Below, piece by piece: positions 1-14,200 of a DNA stretch of 64,000 bases. How positions within the stretch are numbered: position 1 is the stretch's first letter; the number at the start of each line of letters is the position of its first letter. The position numbers and the translations under genes are program-made. This stretch comes from Phallusia mammillata (lineage: Eukaryota): positions 27,032,001-27,096,000 of the forward strand of contig OZ281497.1 in the NCBI GenBank assembly GCA_965637545.1, given 5' to 3'. The notes under the pieces were generated by a model. That model saw only the letters and a program-made list of their open reading frames with translations. It was not told the origin of the DNA and made no database searches.

Positions 1-2280
1 CAACGGTAGTTATGACAAAGTTAAACTACAATAGCAGACAATATTAACGAAAACTTCTGTGTAATTTTTAATAGTTTTCCGTTGGTTTCTGCAAACGCAT
101 TTTCAAGCATAATAAATTCCTTAACACGAGGTCTTTCTAATCTCACACCAGATTTCTTATCTTGGTTTGTTTGGCAGCTGCCGAAATCGTTATTTCACTG
201 GCAACGTTTAATCGCAGACGTCAGTCGTTTTGCCCCCGGTTTATTTACTCCCAAACCCCTCCTAATCACGATTAAGCAACTACGGTTTGTGTTAACAAGG
301 CGAGATTAAAGTGGGTGGTCGGATTTTAGACGGACAGCTGTTGTATAATCATGTATTGTGATGTGGTTTCACACAAAACGTTTTGTTAACTACGTTCTAT
401 GTAGTGGTGAGATTCAAAATTGTTGTCAGCCGGTTCAATCACAAAAGTCATATTTTTCAGTCGGCTCTGTTACAAAAAGTCCATCGACAGTAACCAGCAA
501 TGCTAACCGGTTCGCTGATCTCATAAGATTTCGTAAGACGGTTCTATAGGACCGCTGCGAACTGACTGAATCCTATCACTTGTTCTATGTACAATAGATT
601 TTTATGTTTTCAAACCAAATAATATAGTTTTTGCCTTCTTGAGTCAAACGTCTGTTATATTTCGATTGCATCATCGCCAAACTTCAAAAACATCAAAAAC
701 AAACACTTGACACAAAACAAGACCCTAAAATAACGAAGACTAATGTGTTGAGGTTTATAGTAAAGGGGGTTGACAAGTGACCCTAAGGGGTGCGAACCCA
801 AAACATGATAGTAAGTGGAATCGGCAAAACAAAGTGTTTGTAACAAATGGACTTATATGTGAGCAGAATTACTGATCTTTATGCGTTGTGTGAGTTTAGA
901 AAGTAGATCCTCTGCCATGAGAACATAAGCAAAATCGTCAATTGCTTACAATACAGTTGACCTTGGGACTTACAGGTCACCGCGCATGCGTGGATGTCAT
1001 ATCTCCATGCACTGGGTGAGCTATTTTGCGACTGAAGGCTCTTGACAGCAAACAGGTGATGCTTTATTCCATCAGCTGCACGCATTTGCGCGAAAATCAG
1101 CTTGCCAGAAGAACTAACTTACGTGCAAGTGACCTTGTGTAGAAAACGCATGCTCACTTGGCAATGAATGTCCACAGGGTCTTTGTCACCAAAAGGAAAC
1201 CCTCGAAAAAGTTAGAAAGTCGTTTATGTTCTAATTGGGGTTTTAGGGCTTGTGTTTTGCTTTTGTGCTCGGGTTTTGAATTGTGTGAAAACTCACGGGA
1301 CGCAAATTTTCTCGACAATAACCACTCAAGGGCCAAAGGCGGTGCTCAACCTCACTTTGATGACGTAAGAGTCGTGGGAAAGTATGTGCTTGGGTACACA
1401 GGGGGGTTGTTGCAGCGAAGTTGCCGCCACCCTATTTGGGTCCCTTAGAAACCCCAATTTTTTATTTAAACTACGATTTTCGTACTCTTTTGAAATATGG
1501 TCCTTTGCAATTATTGTGATTAAAGCAAGTTTTTGAAAGTAATTTGGTCTGGTAAGAAATATTTTATAATTTATGTTTGCTGTATCTTTAAAATTCGATT
1601 TAAACCTCGATATTTCAATGTTTAATGCCATAAAGTTTTGATAATTGCAATATAGTTAAACATACTGCAGTTATGTTCATAAAGTTAACTACATAACACT
1701 TTATTTGCGCCGCATGTATGCGCACCTTGTAATCATAAATTCGCCAATTCGGAGACTTGCCGCCACAGTTTGCAAATAGGAAACCCATCGGCGGTCAAAC
1801 ACCGAACCGCAGGTGCCAATTAATTCAAAGCTAACCGACATTTGGCACATCTAATTGCCATTTCCGCGCAGTCTGTGTTTGCCTTGCTGCCCGGCCTGCT
1901 AACGTCAACTCCCTTGTTTAAGGAGCCAGGGTCGGCGTTTAATTTCCACTTACAACGCTAATCGTCTTTTGCGCTGCCGCCTTTTTATCCGTTTCCTCCC
2001 TCAGATGTGGGTCGGGATATCGCCTTTGTGCGGAATTGCGTCAAACACACAATACGCTACAATCACGGTCAACTTATGAGAATTGAGAACTGTTTTACAC
2101 CAGCAAAACTAATAATCATTTTTTATTCATAATTATCGACATGAAGATCTCTTTATCCGACGTATATGTACGCTTTTAATTCATTTTACTGATGTATTAG
2201 TGGTTATAATTGTTCAAATAAACCATCTGCTGGTCGAAATAGATCCCCCGTTTTAAGTTTGTGTAACTTTTTATTTGCAG

Positions 2281-5200
2281 GCAAAGTGTGCTGCAGGGAC
2301 AGTCAGTCGCTTTCGAATCCCTTCATTCATTTGCCTGGAATCCAGCTTGCAGCGTTGTCCACACAAAACAAGTAAGTAACATAACTGTCATGCACTTCTA
2401 CATTGACTGGCTACTTCAGTTTGCTGTCACAACAGTGCACCGTCATTAAGGCCTTATTTGCACCACTGACCATGTTTGGAACACATTTAAGTATTTTCCC
2501 ATCTCCATTGCGAGCTTGGATTCTCTCACGAATAACAAAGTGGCGCATCGCAAAATTGGAGTACCATGCGAGTGGGTGGCAAAATCTTCATGGTACGGAC
2601 AAACACACACCAAATATCGACACCAAGTGATTCAGCACAAAGCAGCAAAGCTAATTTTCGGTTTCACTGACTGTCCCGAATTTAATTCACGCATTTGACA
2701 TCAATTGGCGTGTTGATAATCGCCACAATCCCGCTCAAGCAATTGAGTTTTGCGTGCGAGCAAGCGGATGGTATAGGCACGGTAATTTGCAAACTTACCG
2801 GGCCGGCGGAGTGGGAATTATCGGGTCTTTAGCATTCCTGTCCGCTCCGTTCTGCGTCAAGTGAGTCGTAAATGCAGTAGTTATTAAGTGGGGCAGTTTC
2901 CTTTGCTGTCCGCTGCGGAAAATCCAATGACCCCAACGGTATACTTTCAAAGTCTTGATAAATTTTGCAAAAACTATTCCTGGAAAAACCTTGCGTTTTA
3001 AGGGTGAAAACAAACAAACAAATATTGATTAGGCCTTAAAAACTTTAATCTGCAACCGCTGTTTAAATTCTGGGAAGCTCTTGAGTGCGCAATCGAGTTG
3101 AACATTCTTTACACAACAAGTGCTAAGCGACTTACATAATCGATTGAAATTCTTGGAAACCAAACGAAGTGTTCAAATCACATTTACATTTACCACATCA
3201 GTGATACTTTACCAGCCTTCAAGTAACAAGACATTGCAAAATCAGCGTTTAATTACCCTTTCGTGTCAAAGTGTAAAGAACATCTGTAATAGACATGTAC
3301 TCGGAAACGCCTTCGTCACAAAATGATGAAATTCGGGGTGGTTGTTTTATCGACACCTTAATACGTAACGTTTAACGTTTGGATGTAAAACATGTATCCT
3401 GTTGTGTTAAATGCCATCACCAAGTGAATGTCGTTTGAAAATATATAATCTCTTGAATAACTTTAAAAAACTTTGAAAAAACACGCAAGTTGTACAGTAG
3501 GGTTTTTGATTGAGGTCATATATTGTCCACCTATTTTTGCTAAATCATTCAAGCAAATGTAAACCAAAGCAAGTTTGAATAAAATTAACGTGACATTACT
3601 TTCAATTTATGTCATGAATTTACTATCTCAAGTTAGCAGCGATTGGTAAACTATGTTAGTTATTAAAACTCTTTCGTGGTGGCAAAATGAAAATAAACAA
3701 TGAATATATTATTGTGACAAGCATATTTTATGAGAAAAAAAGATGAGGACCAATGTTGCAAAATACTTCCAACAAATTAAAATCGAATAAAAGCTAAAGC
3801 TGGAACTTGCATTCGGGGTATTTGCATCACGTGGTCATTAATCAAGGCTGCTTTGAGACCAAAACACTCGCGGGCTTTGTGTTCGTTCAACGAAGCGACG
3901 ATGCGTTTCAACTTGTTGTCTTTCACTGCGAAACACAACAGGACCTGCGCTTATTTTGATAGCCAGCACGCCATTTGTAAACAACCACATACTGAAAGGC
4001 CTGACCACAATAGAAGGGCATTGATTTGAACGCTTGTTATCATAGTTTCAACGCATGTGTTTTTGTTCTTGCAGACTTTCAAGCGACAGTAAGGGTGGTT
4101 CAAGATCGTCAGGTAAGAATCGTGTTTTGCTGATGGAATCTTGTTAATTTCCTGTTCGCTTTGCGCTCGCACGTGTTCCAATGTTGCTTTACAAGACCGT
4201 GCAAACATCCTGTACAGGTCAGGGAAATTGCTTTACTACACAGATGGATTATCAAACTCCAACTGGTCCACCAAACATACATGACAAATTCCAAGTTAGA
4301 ACATACGTACTTACATATGTCGCGAAAATTTACCACACAACACAACCGACAAGATACAAATAAGACTATAAATAAGTTGTTGGGTATTTTACATGTTGCA
4401 ACAACATTTATGATATGAAAAGTTGTTTTCATAAGCATTTCATTAGGATTATCATTACATGTGTTTTTATGGTACAAACGACTTTAATATCTCCTAAACA
4501 ATGTCAAACAAACAAGTTATTCCATAATCAACTCGCGATTATTGCGTCATAAGAGGCACTAATTATTAATCAGATAGGTTCCCAGGCAATTAAACCAGGC
4601 AGCGACATTGCGACATTCGCATACGTTGAAGCCAGCGCATACCAGAGTCCACATTAAACTATCAGCGTCAAAACAATCGCTATTTCACAAAATTAAAAGG
4701 TTCACAGCGAAATCGTGACAACGATTAAACATCACGTGACGATAAAACAACCAATTAGCGACGCAGGACAATTGGTTCCAGCGGTAACAGCTGACGCACT
4801 TTTAAACGCCACTCGACCACGCCGTGGTCTCGCGGACTCAAAGACGCCGACTTGAAACAGGAAGCCCCTGTTATGACTTTTTGAGCTTTCGAAATATCCA
4901 CTAGTTCTTTCAATGATGAGGGGAGGGAGGGAAGAGGCTTCTTGATGTTCGAGTGTTTTTCAGCAGATTTATGACGCACGGGGTCACCTACGGTTTAAAA
5001 CGTGATTTCCCGTTGGATTCTTGTGAAGTCAATAACATACACGTTTTAAACTTTACAGTTGCTGTGATCTCAATTTACAACACCAAATAACTTTGTGAAA
5101 AGTTTCGTGGGTTAAAAATTGAATCGCATAAACCACGCCAATATAGTAATTCACAATTCCTCCAACGCAAATAACTAAGTGACATCACGCTGGAATCAAA

Positions 5201-8200
5201 ACAAAGAGCAGTCCGATATCACCTGAAAAAACATCAAATCGCCAAATCATTCTGTTTTGAGAACCACCCAGAAGCCCAATATTAAAGTTAGAGAATTGAT
5301 GGATAAGTTATTATCACGTATCTTCAACACGCGACGACAGCTGTTTTATCCCCAGGAAGTGTAAAATACCTTCAGCTTATATTACAGCGCACTACCATGA
5401 AGAACAGTGTTTTTTCCACACGACTTGCGAAAGCTGCAATAGATTTATTTTCATTTATCAATATGCAAGTTTGCGCAATTTTCCCTAAGGTTTTCTTAAG
5501 AACAGTTGGTGGCGGGGCCTGTTGACTCCAACGTTCGCACGAACCCCTCTTCACCCATCACCCTTCACTGGAGGGGGTAAACTCAACGCGAAGGCGAAGA
5601 ATTTTAACATATTCTTTGCACGAGCAAACGGTCCAGTGCATTAATCTCTCGTGGAAACATATTAACCTTAATTTAATTTCCTTACTGTAGCGGCGGATTC
5701 TTTGCGTTGCTTGGTGATTCCATTTCGGCTTTGTATTGCTCGATTGTTTGACAACTGGTGGTTTTCTGGGCGACGCTTTTTTCCGCCTCTCTTCAGGATA
5801 TTAGCTCTCAACGAGATCATCCTTAAAATTCAATAGTCGTAAAAAAAACCTTGCTGCCTTGCTTATTGGATTTAAAGCAGATAAATAAAGTACGAGTTTA
5901 GAGCGTCAAAAAAGAAACCAACTCAATGAACTAAAAGTATACACTGCGTTCATTAAAGAATTGCGACAAAATTCTACATTTCTGGTGATTATGGGGTCGT
6001 GAAACGCATGAAACCATTCTAATAATATGTTGCCGCATTTTCATGCCCCTAAGACGACACGTAATTTTTTTAGGCTACGGAAACGTTACCATGGTAACCA
6101 CGACATATAAAACCCGTCAACAAGTTCTCAACATCGGCCACTGGCCCTCTGTCGTGTGGGGCCGCGCTATTGCCAGCCATTCACCCGCGGCGCCTCTATT
6201 TGCTTTCGTGGCGCGATGACAGGGGGATCAATGCGCCACACAAATTTCTCAACATGATTGTTGCTGCGTTGCTGTGGAGACACACATTGTGCTTTTGGAA
6301 CCGTTTTTGAGTCGGTTCTTTTTAGGGGACGAAATAACCCACGTTGGGACCCCACAGCGCATGTCTTGCTTGTATTCAATGTAGTGTGTATCCGGTTCGT
6401 TCTGGTTCCTTATCTGAGCAAATGTTAACGTCATAAAGTTGTCGTCCAGAAGGTTTAGGGGAATTGCGTGAGTGAAGAAGAGTCGTGGAACTTGTATTAA
6501 AAAGGGTGGGGCAATGTTATTTGGAATGCGCAGGAAAAATGATTCTCAATTTGCCGCATGTCAGTTTGTCAAGAAGAGCATTCATATTCCTGGTTCTTGG
6601 TCATGAAATTCAAAGGGGAAATGCTTTACATTTGGTATTTTTGACTCAACAACTAGAAAATCTATCTGAGGCATTGAACGTTTGCTGTTCTTATGGAAGG
6701 AATTTCAGGCAATGTATAGATCATATTCTGAAAATAGCTTTGAGGACACCATTTTCTACCGGTTGGAACCCAAACGAAAGCAAATTCAAATCCCAAACGG
6801 CCTCAGAAATGTAATTAACATTTAAACAACAGACAGAACCAATTGTTTCTGCATCAAAGCTAATCACTTAATCCTTACTTGGCACTGCAGTCATTTTGCA
6901 TTGTAGCGGGGAACAAAGAAGCTTGTTACCCCAAAGCAGCCCGCCCATGTTGATCCAATAAGCAATACGCAAACCAATGCCCCCGTGCAAACCAACAACA
7001 CAACACGTCAGATCAATTGCCACTGACGTCACGCACGACGTCACGCACGACGTCACGCACCTGTTTCTCACTCATCGACGTCACAATGGACCGACTTTGT
7101 ACCGGAAGATAGGAGTAATGTTTCATCAGCTTAAGACAATGGCGTTTGTATTACAAGGGAATTTACTGCGGGTGTGAATGACAAACACTGGCAGTGGAGA
7201 AAGGCAAATGTGTTTTGAAGATGTCTGTCTCAACTTTACGAGGTCATCGGTTCAAACCCCATCAAGTTTTTGAGGCACAAGTCTCCTATCGCGTTTTCGG
7301 GGTAAAATTAAGGATGACATCACTGCACAGTTTTGCGCGTGACCATCTTAACCTTCTAGCAACGATTTGCAAAGAACTGGCGACAAATGAACTTCAACCG
7401 TTTGCCTTTGATCTCGAAATTTCACGTCGGCATTGCACCTGTGTGGAAGACGTTAAAGTTCCAATGCCAGCAGCCGTTAGCTGTCATCACTTCAATGCTC
7501 ATGGTCTTGCAAGCTTAGCCGGTTGTGTTGCTTTAGCATTGATCCAGCGGCGCTTTTGCTTCCCCAAATCTCCTGATAAGGCACCACACTGTCAGTGGCC
7601 CGAAGCTTTCACCAGTTGAAAATTTAAACGTGGCATTCCTAAGATGGTTATGTCACAGAAAACCTCAGTTTATTTTTGAGGGTTTGCTAGTTTTCTTTGA
7701 ATCCACTTATCACAGCGCCAGTTCGAAATAACTCAGTGTCAAAACGCCTCATAAATCTGAAACTTGCACGGCTATTTATTTTACTTATTAGTCGGAATTA
7801 GTTATCAACAAGCCAGGGTATTTTCCTGGAATGAAAAGGGATTAGAAGAAAGAAAAACATTCATATATTCATCGTTGTCAGTCGCCATTCGTCACCAGGA
7901 AATGTTAGTCGACGTGTTGACCTGACGACTTTTGCTAAACCAACGGAATTCCAGGAATTGTCAGATAACCCACAGCGAGTTAAAATAACGATAAGTCAGG
8001 ATTCCTTCAAGTGCTTGAAAGTGGAAAATCGCCAAATCCACTTTAAACATTTGTGTTACCAACGCAACTTCGCAAGTGCTAACTTTTCTTGATTTGACTC
8101 TAATTGCCTTGGTCAGGTGTTATCAGTTTCTCTGGACAACAGTAGCCATAGAAATATCATTAATCTTTGTGAAAATACCTTTCGCTCACCCGCTTTCTGT

Positions 8201-11200
8201 GTACATAAGATAGCGCTCATTTTAAGTCGCATCAATCGTGGCGCCTGGCCCGCGACCAAACAAACCCTTATCAGTGGCGATGACGTGCCACTTGTGGCCA
8301 GATACCTTTGTGACGTAACACAGAAACCGTAATGACGTTGGCAAAATTTTACCGAAATAAAACAAATACAGATTTTTTTTTGCAAAATCCAAACAAAACA
8401 CAATTTTAAAACTTTATGATGGAAAAAGTGTAATTTTTAGGAACTTCTGTTGGTGTAATAACACATTTTGTTTTAATCTTTGCAGGCAAACAAGTCTACC
8501 TTCGATTAACCAGTGAGATGAAAAATCAGAGTGCAAACTCCGGGGAACGAGTTTCATTCAAGTGCAAAGTAGAAGGCAGTGAAAAACACAAGATCACATA
8601 CACATGGTAAGCAAGAAGTCCAAAATTGCCTGAAAAAATTAGCGCAAATAATCCCAATGCAGTCGTAAGATTATCCCGATTTTTCTCAGCCACATCCCAA
8701 TTTTTATCAGCCAAAAGCCGCTTAGCCTAATAATTCAGGTTGTAAGTCGTTGTGCGGCAAATTGTTTGATGTAAATTGCTTTTGCAAAGTCAGATTTAGG
8801 AATATTTTAAGCTCAAGCTGGTGGCTCGCCATATATTAAACAGAACATGGGGTCCTTGAACACATTTAGTATATTTAATTTAAGCTGTTATTGTTGGTGA
8901 TCTGGTCCAAGTTTGAAACTTTTTGTGTTTTGACAACACACCTTTTACACTTTTGACCCTAAAATTCGCAAAACCAATGATAAATATTTGCCAAACTGTA
9001 AATTTTAAACTTTTCCGTGGCTACTCCCAGTATTTGAGGGCAAACGGTCCGTGAATTTAAGCCGGATTAATATTTACGTTCGCGCGCGCCGTACGGTTGG
9101 CCTCCGCTGATCCGATTAAAGCATCGCAAACTCTTTCGGCTCAAAACCGGAGTTCAAAAGCTGGAAGCAAAATTCGATTAATCTTCTCGCAAGCGGAAGG
9201 ATTTGATTGAACCGGCGCTTGGCCTTCGTAACCTTCGGTTCTCGGAGAAAATTATTCGCTGTTTTTTGCTTCAGAAGTTATCACAAATTAACCCATCTGC
9301 ACTCCTTGTGTTATTGCTCTGGCACTTTGTGGCCCATTACCTTTGGACAACAATCCTTTGGTGGTCCCGGAATATTACGCAAATTTGTCAAAGTCAACGA
9401 CATTTTTTTCTGCCATTTGAGTTTAATGAAATCGTTTTTGAAATATTTTGGCCCAGTAGCTCTAGCAGTGTTGATTTACGCTGTGTGAACTGTGCGCTTT
9501 CTGAAAACAAACTATATTTTGTAATTTTTGTTTTATTTATTTTTGACTAAGATTCGTGTATATATCGTTCTGCACGAGTTACACCGAACAATTTATGCAA
9601 TTTGTAATGAGAATTTTATGTTGTGGGTTAATTTGACAAGTTGTAGTAAATTTTACAGCTGAATTACATAACTATATTAAATTCAATCCGCATGTTTGAC
9701 ATGTGATGGGCGAGTTTAATTAATCTTAATGTAATTCGCCGGTTTAATCCATCTTATTGTGGTCCAGAACACAAGCAAATCGCAATTATTTGTTGTTTTG
9801 TCTAAATTAAGCCGCTTTTATGCCGATTTGCGTTTGTTGCGAAATAAACTCACTATGAATTTCTCTGCACGTCAGCAGTGGATGAAATTACGCATAAGAA
9901 TTGACCTAAATCTGTTGCTGAAACACTTTTAGATGGTTTGAAAATTCGGCAAAATATCAAGTCGTTAACACTAATTTAACGAAACATCTCAAAACGTTGT
10001 ATGCCGTATTATCCATTTATTTGGGTTATTTTGTTTTTGCAAGAATCATAAAAAATTCGTGTACTGTACACTAATAATACTTGTGACATATAGGTAACAT
10101 TCAAAACTTCGTAAAACGTGTTTCTGAACAAGCGCAAGTGTCATTAGAAAACGAGGTTTTCCTGTTGCAAAGTACTTTGGTTAAAAACGTGAATTTCCTA
10201 AAGCACTTGTGGCCAAACACTTCGCCTTATCCCAAACCGTGACGTTGGCCCCAAACCGACAAAGCCTGTTGAAACGCTTCCCAAAATGCGGCGTGAGTCT
10301 TTGAAGATTCCGAATCCATCGGAAGCTCAAGACCCGGGTGCATTTATCTTCATCTTACGGGAACTTGAAAGAGCTTTTCTCGCAGTGAGGGATCATGGGC
10401 AGTCAGCAGCATCAGTGACCCTTGATATGATGGCTGGACCTTCGCAGGCTTCCTGCCTAATGCCCGGAACACATTTTTTAGCCTTAAATCCCAACCTGCG
10501 TTCTGTAATTTCGCTTGACAACCCTTCTCATTTGCCCTATGTGAATATTTTTACCACTTTACGTAAGGTTTTTGGTACAGTGGAATGTCAACCTATTAAT
10601 AGAAGCGACCTTGGTTAATGGGCATGAAAACATGAATATCTAGAAAAACACTTTTAGTATTCACCAAGTCGAAATTGTGTATAGATTCTTCTAATGCAAC
10701 AAAACAATCAATTGCCTAACACGGTCCATTGACACTTCTGAAAATAGAATTGCAACAAATATTATTTCACCCAAAACTTCAAATTAATGTGTTGTGTGTT
10801 TTAATTCAGGTACAAAGACAACCGAGTGATTAATTCTGAAGAGACAAGAATCAGCATCACAACCCGACCATGGGGATCTCGTCTGAAAATCTCTGGTGTT
10901 TTCACTGTAGATGCGGGAAAGTACCGATGTGAAGCGTCCAACTCATGGAGAAGAGTTCAGACACAGGCTTATCTCAACGTGCAGTTCGGTAAGTCGAATC
11001 TTCCTATTCATTCTATTTCCCATTCATTTATTGAGGTTGGGGGCATTGAAGTAGACTCTAAAACGTCAATCAAATACACATGGCGCCCCTACCAATTTGT
11101 GTATCGCCAAACAATTAAAATACCATCAAGGCCTTAGCGCCGCACCCCTAAACCGCAATAAGAAAACTAGGTGCGCAAATTATGGTATCAAGTTGTCGCT

Positions 11201-14200
11201 ACACGCTGCACGCGACAACTACACGCGATGCGCTTCAAGTTCAAGAGATCAGGTTGCATTTGAAAATAACGGCGGCGTTTCGTGGCAATGAAGTGCCGCT
11301 AACTTCGAAAGGAAATGCCGATCTCTAGATACTTGGAGATAGGATATTTTTGCAGTGCTCAGCACGCAATAAGCAACGCACTGGAGCGACCTGCAATCGA
11401 TGCCACGATTAACGTACGTTTGCGGTCAGAGCAGCGCCGCGTTTTCGAAGCTCAAGTGTTTGTGCTACATTATACCCCCTGGGTGATTTGTAGGGCAGAA
11501 CCACATGTTGAGAGGAATAACTCCCGTTTTGAACCCGATACCTCGCTAAACGTGGGTGGGTTGCTGAGGGGGTGAAATCGCTCTAACCACATTAAAACAA
11601 CACAAATTAGCAACAACAAGCGACACTTTGCGCTGGACGAATTTTCCCACAATGTTGGATTTTAGAACTTACTGATCGTGACGTCATATTTGTATGTAAA
11701 TCGTATCGCGCTTGGGTTTCTATTGCTGTAATTCCTTGCGAGTTAATACAGAGATATTTTCGCAGTAGGCAGCTGCTTATAGCCTAGAAGCCCTAATCTA
11801 CTTACTCCCCAACATTCGCGCGGGAAATATGCGCGCGGTCGGCGTTCTAAATAAACAAGAACAAACAATTAACTAGCGCGACAGCATTAAGTGCTTTGCA
11901 GAGCGTTTCTTTGTTGCGCAATAATCCCTCTTTTGTTTTTTCCTGCCACACGCGATTTGTTGGCGCCCGGATTGAGGGTGGGGCGTGACGTCAACTGCAT
12001 GACGTCATTAATCCTATTTGTTTTTTTTTGTGTGCAGCGCGACCCCCAAAGTTCGACATCGAAGATGGAAATCCACCATTGTAAGTTTTTTTAATGATAA
12101 ATCTTATCAAATTTCGATGAAATAAATGTTGGTTTCATCAATTTCCTGTGCGACCCAAAATCATAAAAAAAATTCCGAGAAATTTTATGATTTTATAGAT
12201 AAATGTTTAAATATTTAGATTATTTTAAAGTCAACCTCCGATTTCAGCAAAAATATAAATTTCATGTTACTATAGCACACAACAAATACGCTTTCATGTT
12301 TAGTTTTTCTTGGAACATGATGAACATAAGTCAATAATTATGTTGTTGTATTTCCTTGCAGATCGTCTTTCTTTCCATCTGGGAAATGTGAGAAGTACAA
12401 GGGATTTGTGTGCGACGATTTCCTGAAAGGAGTCGATGTTTACGTGCACGCATTCGGGACTCAAAAAGATATGAACAGGGAGATTACCTCAGCTCTCAGA
12501 AAATTGAGTAAGTTTAAAATCTGAAAGTGTTTGATAAAAACTAGGGCCTTGTATTAAAATTATCTAGCGATTTTGAGAAAGGTCTATTATTAATACAACT
12601 TATCACGTGATTGCAGCTCAACCAATGGTAAGCCAGCAATGCCGACGCTACTTGCTTCCCGCCTTCTGTCATTTCGCCTTTCCCACTTGTCAAAAGTCCG
12701 AGGAAGGAGTTTCTCGTAGTGGGGCTCGCCTGTGCCGCGAGGATTGTGAAATTCTAAAGAGTGACACCTGCCGGCGAGAGTTTGACCGAGATAACGAGTT
12801 TGTCAGGGTGAGTATTATAAACGGACTGTTTATATCTTCAAAGTATGAACCGTAAAAGACGGTCGACATGCACCTGGATATGTATGATGTACTTTCATTG
12901 ATCCTTGTTGGAAGACTGGTGGCTTTTTAAGTATGAGCAGCACAGGTGTGCTAACCGAAATTGTCAATAGCTTGTTGTAAATATTTAACTTGGGCAGGGT
13001 TTGGATTGATTACACGCTAAGATTAGCTTTTGTTGTGCAACAAACTTTGAGGGATTATACACAGGTGAGGATAACATTGCGGTGAGAAACAATGCGGAAA
13101 GACTCATAACAAGTCTAAGACCAAAAGAACACAGAATGACTAATATTAATCAATGGAAAATAACTAATATAGTTAACTACCTAGGATCTAGGAAAACACT
13201 CAATGTTCTAATTTTTAACCAGTTGTTTGTTTTCAAACTTATTTTATTCCTCTTTTTTTAAAGGAGCTCTTTGACACTGCGAACTGCTCTCTTCTATCCT
13301 CGTATAAGGATGATGAAACCTGCGTCAGGATCGGACTTACTTCCTCCGCAACATCCAAAGATCAGGATGAAGGTTGTGATAAAAACGGAGGAGCTGTCAG
13401 TGTTACTATATCAGGAAAAACTTGCAAATCCTGGCCACTTCAAATGGGAGCCAAGGTGGGTTGAACATTGTTACAAAACTTGTTCTGGTGGAAAGTAAAA
13501 AGCGATTTGCTAATACAAAAAAATGGTAAACAATCTGATATGCCTATTGGTCATTCCATTGATAGACTTTCTAGTGGCCAATAGCTTTGTTTCGCAGTGG
13601 TCTAAAATGCTTAAATAGGTAAGGACAATTGACGGTCAAATCACGACCATTTTCCTTTTAACCACGGGACATTTAGAATGAAACATATAACTATCTCACA
13701 CTGTACCAAATTTACCAACCATTGGCACGTTATACGATCAAAGCTAGGTGCTTCCAACGTCACTTGCACAAAGGATTTCTTTCAGCTCGTTTCCGGGCCA
13801 GCGAGTAACATTTCACCCGGAATTGAAGCCCATAATCCGGCAGAGTGCAATTTACCTCTCGGTCTTAAATCCCCTCGTTTTTCAACTTGTTATTTTCTTC
13901 CTTTAGCGTCCGGAATTGCTCGGAGGTCACAACTTTTGTCGATCATCGGAAACTAAAAATGACTTGCCCTGGTGTTTTGTGAACGAGGAGCGAACTGATA
14001 AGGAAAATTGCGTCGTGAAACCTTGTGGTATGTTGTGGATCAGTAAAACGATACACAGTGAAAACATAGCAAATACCGGCGTATTAAAAAACACCATAAA
14101 CAGGATTTCATCAGAAAATCAACGTTTGACTTTGCATTTTGAAGCAACAAAAAACATTTGGGCATAAAAAGCCTAAAAAATCGAATTTAAAGTTTTTGAT

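Noticed and set aside
361-406. Candidate first exon of ROR-A (MWFHTKRFVNYVLCS, phase-1 donor GTGAGA)
   Set aside because: Phase fits, but it makes a poor signal peptide; the true exon 1 may lie elsewhere or upstream of the window.
82-8400. Many 60-140 aa ORFs in the ORF track
   Set aside because: No recognisable domains; most lie within ROR-A introns and are expected by chance.
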